Part shown: positions 38,269 through 47,890 of the stretch, in pieces | Layout of the letters: each line of letters starts with the position of its first letter | Position numbering within the stretch: the stretch's first letter is position 1 | DNA from: Candidatus Eiseniibacteriota bacterium | GTDB lineage: Bacteria > Arandabacterota > Arandabacteria > Arandabacterales > Arandabacteraceae | Direction: 5' to 3' | NCBI GenBank assembly: GCA_043810925.1 | Contig: JBDRNT010000089.1 | Span: 37,191-101,190 of the forward strand | Length of the DNA: 64,000 nt | Position numbers and translations under genes: made by a program | The notes under the pieces: generated by a model | The model's database searches: none | What the model saw: only the letters and a program-made list of their open reading frames with translations | Told to the model about the DNA's origin: nothing

Positions 38269-38649
38269 ATGTCGCACTCAGTTAGATATGATGAAGAGCT
38301 CCGCCTGACTGAGATAGTCTACCGAGGAAAGGTGAACACATCCGCGCTGAAGAAGGGTGCAGCCGAAGCGGCCCAAGTCGCACGCGACCATGATTGCTTC
38401 CTTATTCTCATCGATTGTCGTGAATCTGCTCTAAGCCTGTCCACGATGGATATCTACGACCTGCCGAAAAAGTTCTCGCATGTGCTGTCAAAGTTGGGGC
38501 TTGAAGTACGCAGATTCAAGCGCGCGCTGGTTGTGCCCAACGATATGGTAGAGTACTCCTTCCTTGAGACGGTGTCGCAGAATCGCGGGCAGAACGCAAT
38601 GATATTCCGCGACATAGATGAAGCGAAAGCGTGGTTGTCCGGCAAGTGA
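38269..38649 (+). CDS. Hypothetical SpoIIAA/STAS-like protein, similar to 34096-34494
   Basis: GGAGGAG SD; ILIDCR, LSTMDIY, FLETVSQNRG, FRDIDEAKAWL. Confidence 0.75.
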   Translation: MSHSVRYDEELRLTEIVYRGKVNTSALKKGAAEAAQVARDHDCFLILIDCRESALSLSTMDIYDLPKKFSHVLSKLGLEVRRFKRALVVPNDMVEYSFLETVSQNRGQNAMIFRDIDEAKAWLSGK

Positions 38650-38651
38650 CC

Positions 38652-38683
38652 CGCACTGGCCGGTTTTGAAGTGGCCGCTGACA
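38652..38683 (-). mobile_element. Probable IS21-family terminal inverted repeat remnant
   Basis: Reverse complement TGTCAGCGGCCACTTCAAAACCGGCCAGTG resembles IS21-type ends as I recall them; no transposase nearby. Confidence 0.55.
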
Positions 38684-38711
38684 CCGTTGGGCGAATGTGA
38701 GGAGGCAGTGA

Positions 38712-39305
38712 ATGCTGGGCGAAGTGTTGACACTAGCAAGTGTCATACTGCTGTGCACGACAGCCTGTCAGCACTCGCCGCGGCACGACGTTCTGCAGAT
38801 GGACGAGGGGTATGCCCACAGCGTTGATAGCAGCCCCCCCACAAACCTGCTGGTCGAACCAGGGTTGCGGGAATCCGAAGACGTTATCGACATGCTCGTG
38901 TTCCTCGTGCATTACCTTGCCGACAGCTGTGTCACTGACACCACATACTTCCTTTCTCTTGGGAACGATTCAGCTGGAGCCTGGATAGACCCGCCGAGGG
39001 TCCTGGCTGACCGCTTGGCAGGTGTGAAGATCGAATTGCGCCCAGTCTCAGAGGCGCATCTCGCACCAGTGCGGCGGCCGCTGCCGGGCCAAGTAGTCTT
39101 TGTTGATCAGCCAGCCATACCGGGGTTAGTTTGGTCCCTCAAACTCCGAGAATGGACGCCAGGCGCAAGAGCAGTTCTGTATGTAGCCTTTCCGCGCGGC
39201 GGAGCGACGGTTACCCTTGACAGGTCAGGGGGTGGCTGGATTATCGAACAATGGCTGGGCCCGAGACCATGGGTCGCCCAACCAACCGCTTCACCCGGCC
39301 GCTGA
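38712..39305 (+). CDS. Hypothetical lipoprotein in a putative integron cassette
   Basis: GAGGAGG SD; hydrophobic N-terminus ending TTAC. Confidence 0.65.
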   Translation: MLGEVLTLASVILLCTTACQHSPRHDVLQMDEGYAHSVDSSPPTNLLVEPGLRESEDVIDMLVFLVHYLADSCVTDTTYFLSLGNDSAGAWIDPPRVLADRLAGVKIELRPVSEAHLAPVRRPLPGQVVFVDQPAIPGLVWSLKLREWTPGARAVLYVAFPRGGATVTLDRSGGGWIIEQWLGPRPWVAQPTASPGR

Positions 39306-39333
39306 ACGTGGCGGCTGAGCGCCACCGCTGAAT
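39276..39333 (+). mobile_element. Degenerate attC-like site
   Basis: R'' GCCCAAC; CGCT(T)CA pairs with TGAGCG; R' GCTGAAT (GTT changed to GCT); TCGCCCAAC is the exact reverse complement of GTTGGGCGA at 38686. Confidence 0.65.
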
Positions 39334-39384
39334 GCCAATCGAGCAATAGAAGATCGACCTCGTTCTGAAAGTAGGTTCTGCCCT

Positions 39385-40611
39385 ATGTCGCCAGGTGAGA
39401 TCTGTAATTCAAACCCGCTTGCTGAGACTGTCGGTTTTGAACTTCTCGGGCGTGATCTGGGCAAAGACGTCGAGTCTGCGCTCAAAGCGGCGTTGGAAAA
39501 CGGTGCAGTCTTCAGAGACTCGTGCGACTCTCTGGTCATCTTTCGCCAGGCGCTGGCTGACTCCATTCGCAACATTGAGTCACATCCGCGTGGCAGGCTG
39601 TTCCAGGAGTTCCTGCTGAAGGGCCCTTATGAGGATGTCGGGGAAATCCCGGCAGAGTCGGTCAGCCACCGCCTGTCTGACGCTGATTGCGCTGCCGCAA
39701 TTACATTCATCTACTCCCACATGGTTGACTGCTTCAAAGGCGCGGTGACAGAATTACTTGCGACGAAACCTTGTTCGGCCCTGCTGAGGAGGCTTCAGAA
39801 GGAAGGCGGACTTCCGCCGAACGCTCGGCTCTATGTGGGTGACTCGGTGGCTGTCCACAAGGCGCGGGGAAAAGGCCTTCTTAAGGGGGCCGACCAACAC
39901 ATCGTGATCGAAGAAGGAGGATCGGGTTGGGCTTCGAGGATCACCGTAGCCGGTCTGACGGAAGTCAAGTCCTACGTCAGATCTCAAAGCCGTTTGCGTG
40001 AACAGATCGACAAGCATCTTCTGCGGGCGAAACGAGGCCTCCGGGTTATCGGCGTCGACTATCCAGCCGAGAAGGTCAACGCGGGTTACGGGAAGGACGG
40101 GCGGATTCTTCGCATTGCCGTTCTGCCCAGCACCTGGAGGCTGCCCCGGTCATTTCGGTTTGAAGACTCCAAAGGCGGCCGGACACTTCATGTCGACCCG
40201 GGCAAGCCTCAACGAAAAGAAGACGAAATCAAGCAGATCGACAGCAACGAGTGGCGCATTACCTTGAGATGGTCGAAGGAGGCGCTTGCCGAGGCAGCCT
40301 ACGAGATGACTTTCTGGTACATGGAGAAGATCGGCGAGGTTATCTACTCGGAATGCAAGCCGAAGGGATGGGAGGAAATGACGCCAGCCCAGGCCGGACG
40401 AAATGCAGCGAAGATGATGCTCTATTACGCTATTCTCCGTTGCCGTACGACTCGGGAGGAACAACGAGCTGTTGCTCTGTACAACACCTATGGATACGGC
40501 TACGCAATCGGGATGAACTACCGGAACGCTGAAGGAAGGCGAGAGATGCTGTGGCCACAGGACCTGGATGAGATCCTCTCAGCAGCTAAGACAAAGAATG
40601 GACACACTTGA
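39385..40611 (+). CDS. Hypothetical protein with a possible PD-(D/E)XK nuclease motif
   Basis: 408-aa ORF; E in GAVTELLA helix, GADQ...LTEVKSY. Confidence 0.6.
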   Translation: MSPGEICNSNPLAETVGFELLGRDLGKDVESALKAALENGAVFRDSCDSLVIFRQALADSIRNIESHPRGRLFQEFLLKGPYEDVGEIPAESVSHRLSDADCAAAITFIYSHMVDCFKGAVTELLATKPCSALLRRLQKEGGLPPNARLYVGDSVAVHKARGKGLLKGADQHIVIEEGGSGWASRITVAGLTEVKSYVRSQSRLREQIDKHLLRAKRGLRVIGVDYPAEKVNAGYGKDGRILRIAVLPSTWRLPRSFRFEDSKGGRTLHVDPGKPQRKEDEIKQIDSNEWRITLRWSKEALAEAAYEMTFWYMEKIGEVIYSECKPKGWEEMTPAQAGRNAAKMMLYYAILRCRTTREEQRAVALYNTYGYGYAIGMNYRNAEGRREMLWPQDLDEILSAAKTKNGHT

Positions 40612-40651
40612 TCTGCCAACAGGGTACAGATAAATAACTTAGCCTTAAGTC

Positions 40652-40680
40652 TTGACAGGGTCGGTTGGCTTTGCTATATT
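40652..40680 (+). promoter_or_regulatory. Sigma70-like promoter of the rpsU operon
   Basis: TTGACA-N17-TATATT with extended TG. Confidence 0.7.
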
Positions 40681-40761
40681 GGTATGAGATACAAGTGTAA
40701 TTATACCCTTAGGTGCCCCCGGGCACTATTTTGTTGAATTCTGGAGGGGAGGTGGGTTTTT

Positions 40762-40962
40762 TTGGCTGGCATCATTGTCAGAGACAACGAATCTTTCGAG
40801 AGTGCCTTGAGGAGGTTCAAGAAGCTCTGTGAACGCGAAGGCCGCCTCTCGGAATACAGGAGACATCAGCACTTCGAAAAACCGAGCGAGCGTAGAAAGA
40901 GAAAAGTACTGGCAGCAAGGCGCAAGCTTCTCAAGAAGATGACTCAGCAGGCAGGCTACTGA
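40762..40962 (+). CDS. rpsU: 30S ribosomal protein S21
   Basis: ESFESALRRFKK, FEKPSERRKRK. Confidence 0.96.
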   Translation: MAGIIVRDNESFESALRRFKKLCEREGRLSEYRRHQHFEKPSERRKRKVLAARRKLLKKMTQQAGY

Positions 40963-41417
40963 TGGATCTGAATGAGAAGTTGAGCGAGGATCAGAAGTCT
41001 GCAATGAAGGGCGGCGACACGCTGCGCATCAGCGTGCTTCGCCTGCTCAGAACCAGGATAAAGGAACGCGCGGTCGAGAAGCGGGGTGATCTCTCCGACG
41101 ATGAGATCTACAAAGTGATCATGTCGGAGGCCAAGAAGCGCCAGGAAGCGATCGAGCTCTTCGAACAGGGCGGCAGGGCAGATCTGGCCGACCGCGAGAA
41201 GCAGGAGATCGAGTTTCTCAAGACCTACCTGCCTCCCATGCTTTCCGATGATGAAGTCAAGGCCCTCATTCTTGAGGCCATAAAGGAAGTTGAGGCCAAG
41301 ACACCGCAGGACCTGGGCAAGGTGATGAAGGTCCTGATGCCCAAGGTTACGGGGAGAACCGAGGGTTCCAAGGTCAACAAGATCGTCAAGGAGCTTCTTA
41401 CCCCTAAGAAGGATTGA
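40962..41417 (+). CDS. GatB/YqeY domain protein
   Basis: KSAMK, KKRQEAIELF..GGR, YLPPML, DLGKVMK. Confidence 0.93.
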   Translation: MDLNEKLSEDQKSAMKGGDTLRISVLRLLRTRIKERAVEKRGDLSDDEIYKVIMSEAKKRQEAIELFEQGGRADLADREKQEIEFLKTYLPPMLSDDEVKALILEAIKEVEAKTPQDLGKVMKVLMPKVTGRTEGSKVNKIVKELLTPKKD

Positions 41418-41476
41418 CGTCTACCAGGCACGCTTCAGCGGCGATGGGGCTTGCAAGCGAGTGACGTGTCCACGGC

Positions 41477-43894
41477 ATGGACAAGCATACCATTCAAGTT
41501 CTTGAATACGAAAAGGGTCTTGGCATTATCGCCCGATATGCTTTGACCGAAGCGGGGAGAGAGCGGGTCCTTGCACTCTCACCGCTTGTAAAGACCACCC
41601 AGGTGACCTCCCGGTTAAAGATGATCTCGGAGATGAAGGTGCTGCGTGAGTGGGGTAAGACACCTCCCTTAAGCGATGTCGAGGATCTCCGCCAGGCCAT
41701 CTCAAGATCGAAAGTACCGGGAGCCGTGCTTGATGCGAGGACCACGCTCCGAATAGGAAAACTTGCAAGGACGTCCCGTCTTGTTCGCAGCTTCTTTGAG
41801 GAAGTGAAGGAGAAAGCTCCCCGGGTAGGAGAGCTTGCCCTGGGGCTTAGTGAGCTGGGCCAGCTTGAGAAGAAGATCGACGCCGCAATAGATGATGACA
41901 CCAACATAAAGGACGAGGCCTCACCTGCGCTTAAGAAGATACGGCGTGAGAAGAACCGCCTGAGCGCGAAGATAGCCTCGAGCCTCAAGGCAATACTCGC
42001 CAGAGAGAACCTCCAGCCCCACCTCCAGGACAGCATAGTCACGATAAGAAACGGACGCTACGTGATCCCTGTAAGAACCGAAGCCAGAGGCAAACTCGAG
42101 GGAATCGTCCACGATACGTCTCAAAGCGGCGCCACGGTCTTTATAGAGCCGATGACAACGGTCACACTCAATAACTCCCTGAGGAGTCTCGAGCTTGAAG
42201 AGAAGGATGAGATCATACGCATTCTGGCAGCGCTTACCTGTGCAATCGGTGAGCGGGCATCCGATCTCATCGTCAACCTCGAGATCTTAACCGAGATCGA
42301 TGTCATGAATGCGGGCTCACGCTTCAGCGTGGAATTCGACTGCACGGAGCCGGGAACGAACGCGGACGGGAGAACCGTGATAAAAGGCGGCAGGCACCCG
42401 ATCCTGATCGACATGCACAAGTCTCAGAAGGGCGCGGCACCGGTACCGCTTGATGTGGCGCTTATGGGCAAGGGCCACGGGATCTTGATAACGGGTCCCA
42501 ACGCGGGGGGTAAGACGGTGGCCTTAAAGACCATCGGGCTCTTAACACTCCTCGCGCGAACGGGTCTTCATGTGCCGTGCGGCGAGGGTACGGATATCGG
42601 GCTCTTTGACGACATCTATGCCGACATAGGTGACGAGCAATCGATCGAGCTATCCTTAAGCACCTTTTCATCTCATATGAAAAACATAATCGGTGTCCTC
42701 GCCCGGGCCGGCGATGGCGCCCTGGTACTTCTTGACGAGGTTGGAGCGGGCACGGACCCGCTTGAGGGGGCGGCGCTTGCAAGGACGATAATTGAGGATC
42801 TCCTGTCCAAGGACGCAGCGCTTGTTGCGACCACGCACCACATGAGTCTTAAGGTCTTTGCGCATGAGAACCCGCTGCTTGAGAATGCCTCGATGGAATT
42901 TGACAGTGACAATCTCAAGCCCACCTACCGGTTGATCCAGGGTGTTCCCGGCGCGAGCCATGCTTTTGAGATCGCATCGCGGCTGGGGCTTTCGGACAGA
43001 CTTCTCACGCGTGCCAGAGATTACTGCGGCAAAGAGCGCGTGGAGTTTGAAGAGCTGACGCGTGACCTGCTTGGGAAGATGAGGAGCCTGACCGTCGAGG
43101 AGGCGGGCATCGAGGCCAAGCAAAGAAAGATCGACCAGGTCCTGGGCGAATACGAAGAGCGGCTCCGGGAGATAAAGGAACACCGCATGCAGATTAAGAA
43201 GGAGGCGCTCAAGGAGGCGAAGAGCGTGGTGGATGACGCGAGACGGACGGTCAAGAAGCTTGTTCAAGAGCTTAAGGAAAAGGAACCACATCCTGAGCAT
43301 GTGAAGCAGGTTGAACAAGAGATAAAAGCGAAGGCAGACACAATAGCCAGGGCGATCGAGAAGATCGATCAGGCAGGGGAGACCCGTCGACCGCTTGGGC
43401 AGGTGACGGTCGGCGCACGTGTCTTTGTCAAGCCGCTTTCCAGGGAAGGGATAGTCCTCACTGAGCCCGACGGCAAGGGAAGGGTCGAGGTCGTGGTGGG
43501 GGCGCTCAAGGCCGAGGTGAGCGCGGGCGATCTCTTAGAGCCCGACGCGGAGGCCGGGAAGGAGACCGGTGGCAAGGACGCCACAAAACCGGAAGAGACG
43601 GCCGGACGTGAAAAGGCCCGCATCTTTGAGTACGAGGCCAAGGAGATCCCGGTAGAGATCGATGTCAGGGGTATGACCGCGGAAGATGCGTGGGAAGCGG
43701 TGGATAAGTACCTTGATGATGTATCGCTTTATGGCTACGATTCGGTGTGCGTGATCCATGGCAAGGGCAAGGGCATCCTCTCTAAGAGGATACGCGAGAT
43801 GCTCTCCTCACATCCGCGCGTTAAGCGCCACAGGTTCGGCGAGCTCGGAGAGGGCGGCACCGGGGTGACGGTCGTGGAGATGGAGAAGGGATAG
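41477..43894 (+). CDS. mutS2: Endonuclease MutS2
   Basis: ITGPNAGGKT, LSTFSSHM, DEVGAGTDP, Smr domain IHGKGKG. Confidence 0.95.
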   Translation: MDKHTIQVLEYEKGLGIIARYALTEAGRERVLALSPLVKTTQVTSRLKMISEMKVLREWGKTPPLSDVEDLRQAISRSKVPGAVLDARTTLRIGKLARTSRLVRSFFEEVKEKAPRVGELALGLSELGQLEKKIDAAIDDDTNIKDEASPALKKIRREKNRLSAKIASSLKAILARENLQPHLQDSIVTIRNGRYVIPVRTEARGKLEGIVHDTSQSGATVFIEPMTTVTLNNSLRSLELEEKDEIIRILAALTCAIGERASDLIVNLEILTEIDVMNAGSRFSVEFDCTEPGTNADGRTVIKGGRHPILIDMHKSQKGAAPVPLDVALMGKGHGILITGPNAGGKTVALKTIGLLTLLARTGLHVPCGEGTDIGLFDDIYADIGDEQSIELSLSTFSSHMKNIIGVLARAGDGALVLLDEVGAGTDPLEGAALARTIIEDLLSKDAALVATTHHMSLKVFAHENPLLENASMEFDSDNLKPTYRLIQGVPGASHAFEIASRLGLSDRLLTRARDYCGKERVEFEELTRDLLGKMRSLTVEEAGIEAKQRKIDQVLGEYEERLREIKEHRMQIKKEALKEAKSVVDDARRTVKKLVQELKEKEPHPEHVKQVEQEIKAKADTIARAIEKIDQAGETRRPLGQVTVGARVFVKPLSREGIVLTEPDGKGRVEVVVGALKAEVSAGDLLEPDAEAGKETGGKDATKPEETAGREKARIFEYEAKEIPVEIDVRGMTAEDAWEAVDKYLDDVSLYGYDSVCVIHGKGKGILSKRIREMLSSHPRVKRHRFGELGEGGTGVTVVEMEKG

Positions 43895-43896
43895 AC

Positions 43897-45648
43897 ATGG
43901 CACATTCGATCCCCGAAGACATCGTCGATAAGGTAAGAGACAGCGCCGATATCGTGGAGATCGTCTCCGAGCACCTGCCGCTTAAACACTCGGGCAGGAA
44001 CTTAAAGGCCCTCTGTCCTTTCCATCCTGAGAGGACCGCATCGTTCATGGTGAGCCCCGAGAAACAGATCTATCATTGCTTTGGATGCGGCGCCGGCGGC
44101 AATGTATTTAACTTCCTCATGCAGATCGAAAACATCACGTTCCCGGAGGCAGTAAGAACCCTTGGCAAACGCTACGGGATCAAGATGCCTCAGATGACCT
44201 CGAAGGTAAGCTCCGAAGCATCGCTTGCATACAAGATCAATGCAATGGCCGCCAAGGCGTATCATGCGGCCTTAAGCGGCACCAAGGAAGGGACGGCGGC
44301 GCGCAGGTACCTCCGTTCGCGCGGGGTCACCGAAGAGACCGAGAAAGAATTCCTTATCGGTTATGCCCCCTCAGACGGCGGGTATCTCGTACTCGAGGCC
44401 AAGCGCCGGAAGGTGGAGCCGCAGCAACTGCTTGCCCTGGGTCTTGCAATCGAGCGGGATGGACGGCCCCGTGATCTCTTCCGAAACCGGCTGATATTTC
44501 CCATAGCGAGTGCGGGCGGGAGGATACTCGGTTTCGGGGGCCGGGTGCTTGACGATGCGCAACCGAAGTATCTCAACTCGCCGGAGACCAGGCTTTTCAG
44601 GAAGTCCGAGACCATCTTTGGTCTCTACAAGGCCAAGGGTGAGCTCAGAGGCCGGGGCCAGGCGATCGTTGTGGAAGGCTACATGGATGTGATCCCACTT
44701 CACGCAGGGGGCTTTAGAAACACCGTTGCCTCCCTGGGCACGGCCTTTACATTTGAGCAGGCAAGGAGAATCAAGCGATATTGCGGCGAGATCGTTCTTG
44801 CCTACGATGGAGATGAGGCGGGACGTCTGGCGGCCTTGAGGGCATGCGACGCGGGCGTCCAGGCGGGGCTCAAGGTACGCGTGGTGAGCCTTCCCGATGG
44901 AAAGGACCCTGATTCGTACCTCAAGGCGGAGGGCAGGGAAGCCCTTGCGGAGCTCATCAAAAACGCCTCGCACTACGTTGATTTCGCACTGGCCCAATCA
45001 CCCACGGATGATCTGGAGGACGCCGTCAAGTTTGTGCTCACCATTATCAGCAAGGTCGAGGATCCGGTCAGGATCTCGCTTGATATAAAGCGGCTTGCGG
45101 CGGCGAGCGGGATCTCAGAGGTCGCACTCCAGCGCTCACTTGTGGGTATATCCCGAAGGAAGCCTTCCGGCCCCCCTGAAAGAAAGCAAGAAAACGAAAG
45201 AAAACAGGACACAACCGCTTGCGATACGATTGAAAAGTCAATAGTTTCTATAATGATCGGTTTGCCTGAGTGTGTTGACAGGATCTTTGGCGCGATTTCA
45301 CCGTCGGACTTCACGGATCGCAGGATGAGGAAGATAGCAGAGACCATACTTGACAGGAAGTCGAGAGGTCTCGCCTTCGACACAAGTGCCCTACTATCTG
45401 TGATTGACGACGAGCATGCAAGAACACTCCTCATAGACACCTCGATCGACACTGACATCACCGGGGATCCCGACAAGCTGGTGTCGGATCATATAGCCGG
45501 TATGAAGAGGAGAGTAATCGAGAGACAGATAGCAACTCTGCGTAAGCAGATTGAAATCGCCGAGAAGGACGGGGATACCGATCTCCTGCAGGCTCTGCTG
45601 ACGAAACGGCAGGGCCTTGCGCAAGACTTAAGACTACTTTCGACCTAA
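43897..45648 (+). CDS. dnaG: DNA primase
   Basis: CPFHPE...HCFGCG, KYLNSPET, VEGYMDV, YDGDEAG. Confidence 0.97.
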   Translation: MAHSIPEDIVDKVRDSADIVEIVSEHLPLKHSGRNLKALCPFHPERTASFMVSPEKQIYHCFGCGAGGNVFNFLMQIENITFPEAVRTLGKRYGIKMPQMTSKVSSEASLAYKINAMAAKAYHAALSGTKEGTAARRYLRSRGVTEETEKEFLIGYAPSDGGYLVLEAKRRKVEPQQLLALGLAIERDGRPRDLFRNRLIFPIASAGGRILGFGGRVLDDAQPKYLNSPETRLFRKSETIFGLYKAKGELRGRGQAIVVEGYMDVIPLHAGGFRNTVASLGTAFTFEQARRIKRYCGEIVLAYDGDEAGRLAALRACDAGVQAGLKVRVVSLPDGKDPDSYLKAEGREALAELIKNASHYVDFALAQSPTDDLEDAVKFVLTIISKVEDPVRISLDIKRLAAASGISEVALQRSLVGISRRKPSGPPERKQENERKQDTTACDTIEKSIVSIMIGLPECVDRIFGAISPSDFTDRRMRKIAETILDRKSRGLAFDTSALLSVIDDEHARTLLIDTSIDTDITGDPDKLVSDHIAGMKRRVIERQIATLRKQIEIAEKDGDTDLLQALLTKRQGLAQDLRLLST

Positions 45649-45696
45649 CCCTCTGGATGGGTTGCAGTCCAGAGTGAGGAAAGGAGAAAGCAGAGC

Positions 45697-47442
45697 ATGA
45701 AGTCCGGACTCAAGCCAGACGTCTTAAGTAATCTGAAGGAGCTGGGCGCAAAGCAGCGTTACATCACCGTAGATCAGATAAACGATTGTCTCGGTGCCGA
45801 TGTTACCGTAGACGACATGGATGAAGTCTACAAGATGTTCTACGGCATGAAGATCGACGTCGTCGATTCGCCCGAAGAGGCCATCCAGAAACAGGCCAAG
45901 CAAGAGAAGGAAAAGGCCAAGCGGCTCGAGGCGCAGATGGCGTCGCAGAGCATGCGTTATGACGATCCCATCAGGATGTACCTGCGTGAGATGGGCAAAG
46001 TACCTCTGCTTGACAGGGAAGGTGAGATAACACTGGCCAAGCAGATCGAAGACGGTCAGTCGAAGGTCGAGGTGGCGGTGTTTATCTGCCCGATGTCTTT
46101 TAAGGATCTTGGCGGGCTCGCCCTCAGGCTGGATAAGGGCAAGATAAAGATCGAGGATTTCCTGCAGGTTGATGTTGGAGCCTGGGGGCCGCTCTATACG
46201 GGACGCAGGGAAAAACAACGGGCACTGAGATGTATCAGGAAGGTGCTCAAGGTTCATACCGAGATGGAACTCCTGACCGCCACGCTCCGGACCAAGACGG
46301 GCAGGAAGCAGGAGAAGGTTGTCAGGGCCAAGCTTGACAAGCTCGGCCACAAGCGTATGAAAGAGTGCTCGAACCTGAGGCTTCATCGCCAGCAGATAGC
46401 AAAGCTGGCCGATCGTCCCAAGAACCTGGCTGCGCGGATCTACGAAGGTGAAAAAGAGGTCCAGGACGTGGAGCGGGAGTCGAATTTCCCGGCGCAGCAG
46501 GTGATCGAGATCGCTAATCTCTGCCGTAAGGGCAGGACTCATGTACGGAAGGTCGTCAAGCAGACCAAGATGGGCAAGGACCAGTGGCTGAGCTTTGAGA
46601 AACGGATAAGAAACTCAAGACGGAAGATCAGAAGGGTGGAGATTGAGGCGCGGATGAGCCGCATCGATCTTCAGCGTCTGGTTGATGAGATCTCCAATGG
46701 CGAGAACCTCGTAAACGACGGCAAGAAGCGCATGGTCGAAGCCAACGTGAGACTCGTGATATCGATTGCCAAGCGCTATGTGAACAGAGGTCTTGAGTTT
46801 CTCGATCTCATCCAGGAAGGTAACAGCGGCCTCATGCGCGCGGTTGAGAAATTCGATTACAAGAAGGGTTACAAGTTCTCGACCTATGCCACCTGGTGGA
46901 TCAGGCAGGCCATAACGAGGGCGATTGCCGACCAGGCAAGGACGATCAGGGTTCCCGTTCACATGATCGAGGCCATCAACAAGGTCTTGAGAGCCTCGAG
47001 ACGACTCGTGCAGGAATACGGCCGCGAGCCGTCACCGGAAGAGATAGCCAAGACACTCGATCTCCCGATCGACAAGGTAAAAAGCGTGCTCAAGGCGGCG
47101 CAGGAGCCGATATCGCTCGATCGCCCGATAGGGGAGGATGAGGACAGCAACCTGGGAGATTTCATCGAGGACACCAGGGTGGTATCCCCGGCGCAGTCTG
47201 CCGCGTTCGTCATGCTTCAGGAACAGATGAGCAACGTGCTCTCCACGCTCACGCGACGCGAGGAGAAGGTCATACGTCTCAGGTTCGGTCTTGGAGACGG
47301 TTGTCCGAGGACACTTGAAGAGGTCGGGAGCATTTTCAATGTTACACGTGAGAGGGTGCGCCAGATCGAGGCCAAGGCGCTGAGGAAACTCAAACACCCC
47401 TCGCGGGCGAGGAAACTGACGGGTTACATAGAGTTGCCGTAA
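45697..47442 (+). CDS. rpoD: RNA polymerase primary sigma factor
   Basis: [39 protein letters not shown]. Confidence 0.98.
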   Translation: MKSGLKPDVLSNLKELGAKQRYITVDQINDCLGADVTVDDMDEVYKMFYGMKIDVVDSPEEAIQKQAKQEKEKAKRLEAQMASQSMRYDDPIRMYLREMGKVPLLDREGEITLAKQIEDGQSKVEVAVFICPMSFKDLGGLALRLDKGKIKIEDFLQVDVGAWGPLYTGRREKQRALRCIRKVLKVHTEMELLTATLRTKTGRKQEKVVRAKLDKLGHKRMKECSNLRLHRQQIAKLADRPKNLAARIYEGEKEVQDVERESNFPAQQVIEIANLCRKGRTHVRKVVKQTKMGKDQWLSFEKRIRNSRRKIRRVEIEARMSRIDLQRLVDEISNGENLVNDGKKRMVEANVRLVISIAKRYVNRGLEFLDLIQEGNSGLMRAVEKFDYKKGYKFSTYATWWIRQAITRAIADQARTIRVPVHMIEAINKVLRASRRLVQEYGREPSPEEIAKTLDLPIDKVKSVLKAAQEPISLDRPIGEDEDSNLGDFIEDTRVVSPAQSAAFVMLQEQMSNVLSTLTRREEKVIRLRFGLGDGCPRTLEEVGSIFNVTRERVRQIEAKALRKLKHPSRARKLTGYIELP

Positions 47443-47496
47443 TTTCGGTGACACCATACTTAGTTGTCGTGCAATTTAGTATGGTGTCACCGAAAT
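47442..47496. repeat. Perfect 19-bp inverted repeat after rpoD
   Basis: ATTTCGGTGACACCATACT-N17-AGTATGGTGTCACCGAAAT. Confidence 0.85.
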
Positions 47497-47555
47497 CAAG
47501 GGTCTGGTTTTAGCTTGACGCTGACAGTTCCTTGTTATATTAGTAGGAAAATCGA

Positions 47556-47632
47556 GGGCCCATAGCTCAGTTGGTCAGAGCGCCCGGCTCATAACCGGAA
47601 GGTCCTAGGTTCGAAGCCTAGTGGGCCCACCA
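47556..47632 (+). tRNA. tRNA with CAT anticodon, probably tRNA-Ile2 (lysidine)
   Basis: Acceptor GGGCCCA/TGGGCCC, loop CTCATAA, no initiator features, located after rpoD. Confidence 0.9.
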
Positions 47633-47650
47633 CTTTTTTTGTTTTAGGAT

Positions 47651-47727
47651 GGGCGATTAGCTCAGTGGTTTAGAGCGCCCGCCTCACACGCGGGAGGTCA
47701 CTGGTTCAAGTCCAGTATCGCCCACCA
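47651..47727 (+). tRNA. tRNA-Val (CAC)
   Basis: Acceptor GGGCGAT/ATCGCCC, CCCGC-CTCACAC-GCGGG, CCA. Confidence 0.96.
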
Positions 47728-47805
47728 ATTGGTGACTGTTATGTCTGAACGCGTAGGGAAAAAACGAAAGATCTGCGACGGGGAGATGTCGTGGCCCGGT
47801 TCTCC

Positions 47806-47839
47806 AGGCGTGTACCGCGAGTCGGTACACGCCTTTTTT
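47806..47839 (+). terminator. Intrinsic terminator
   Basis: AGGCGTGTACCG-CGAGT-CGGTACACGCCT followed by TTTTT. Confidence 0.88.
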
Positions 47840-47890
47840 CATTTGACCGCCCTCGCCGAGGCCTGGGCGGTCAGGTTCTAAGGAGTAGTC

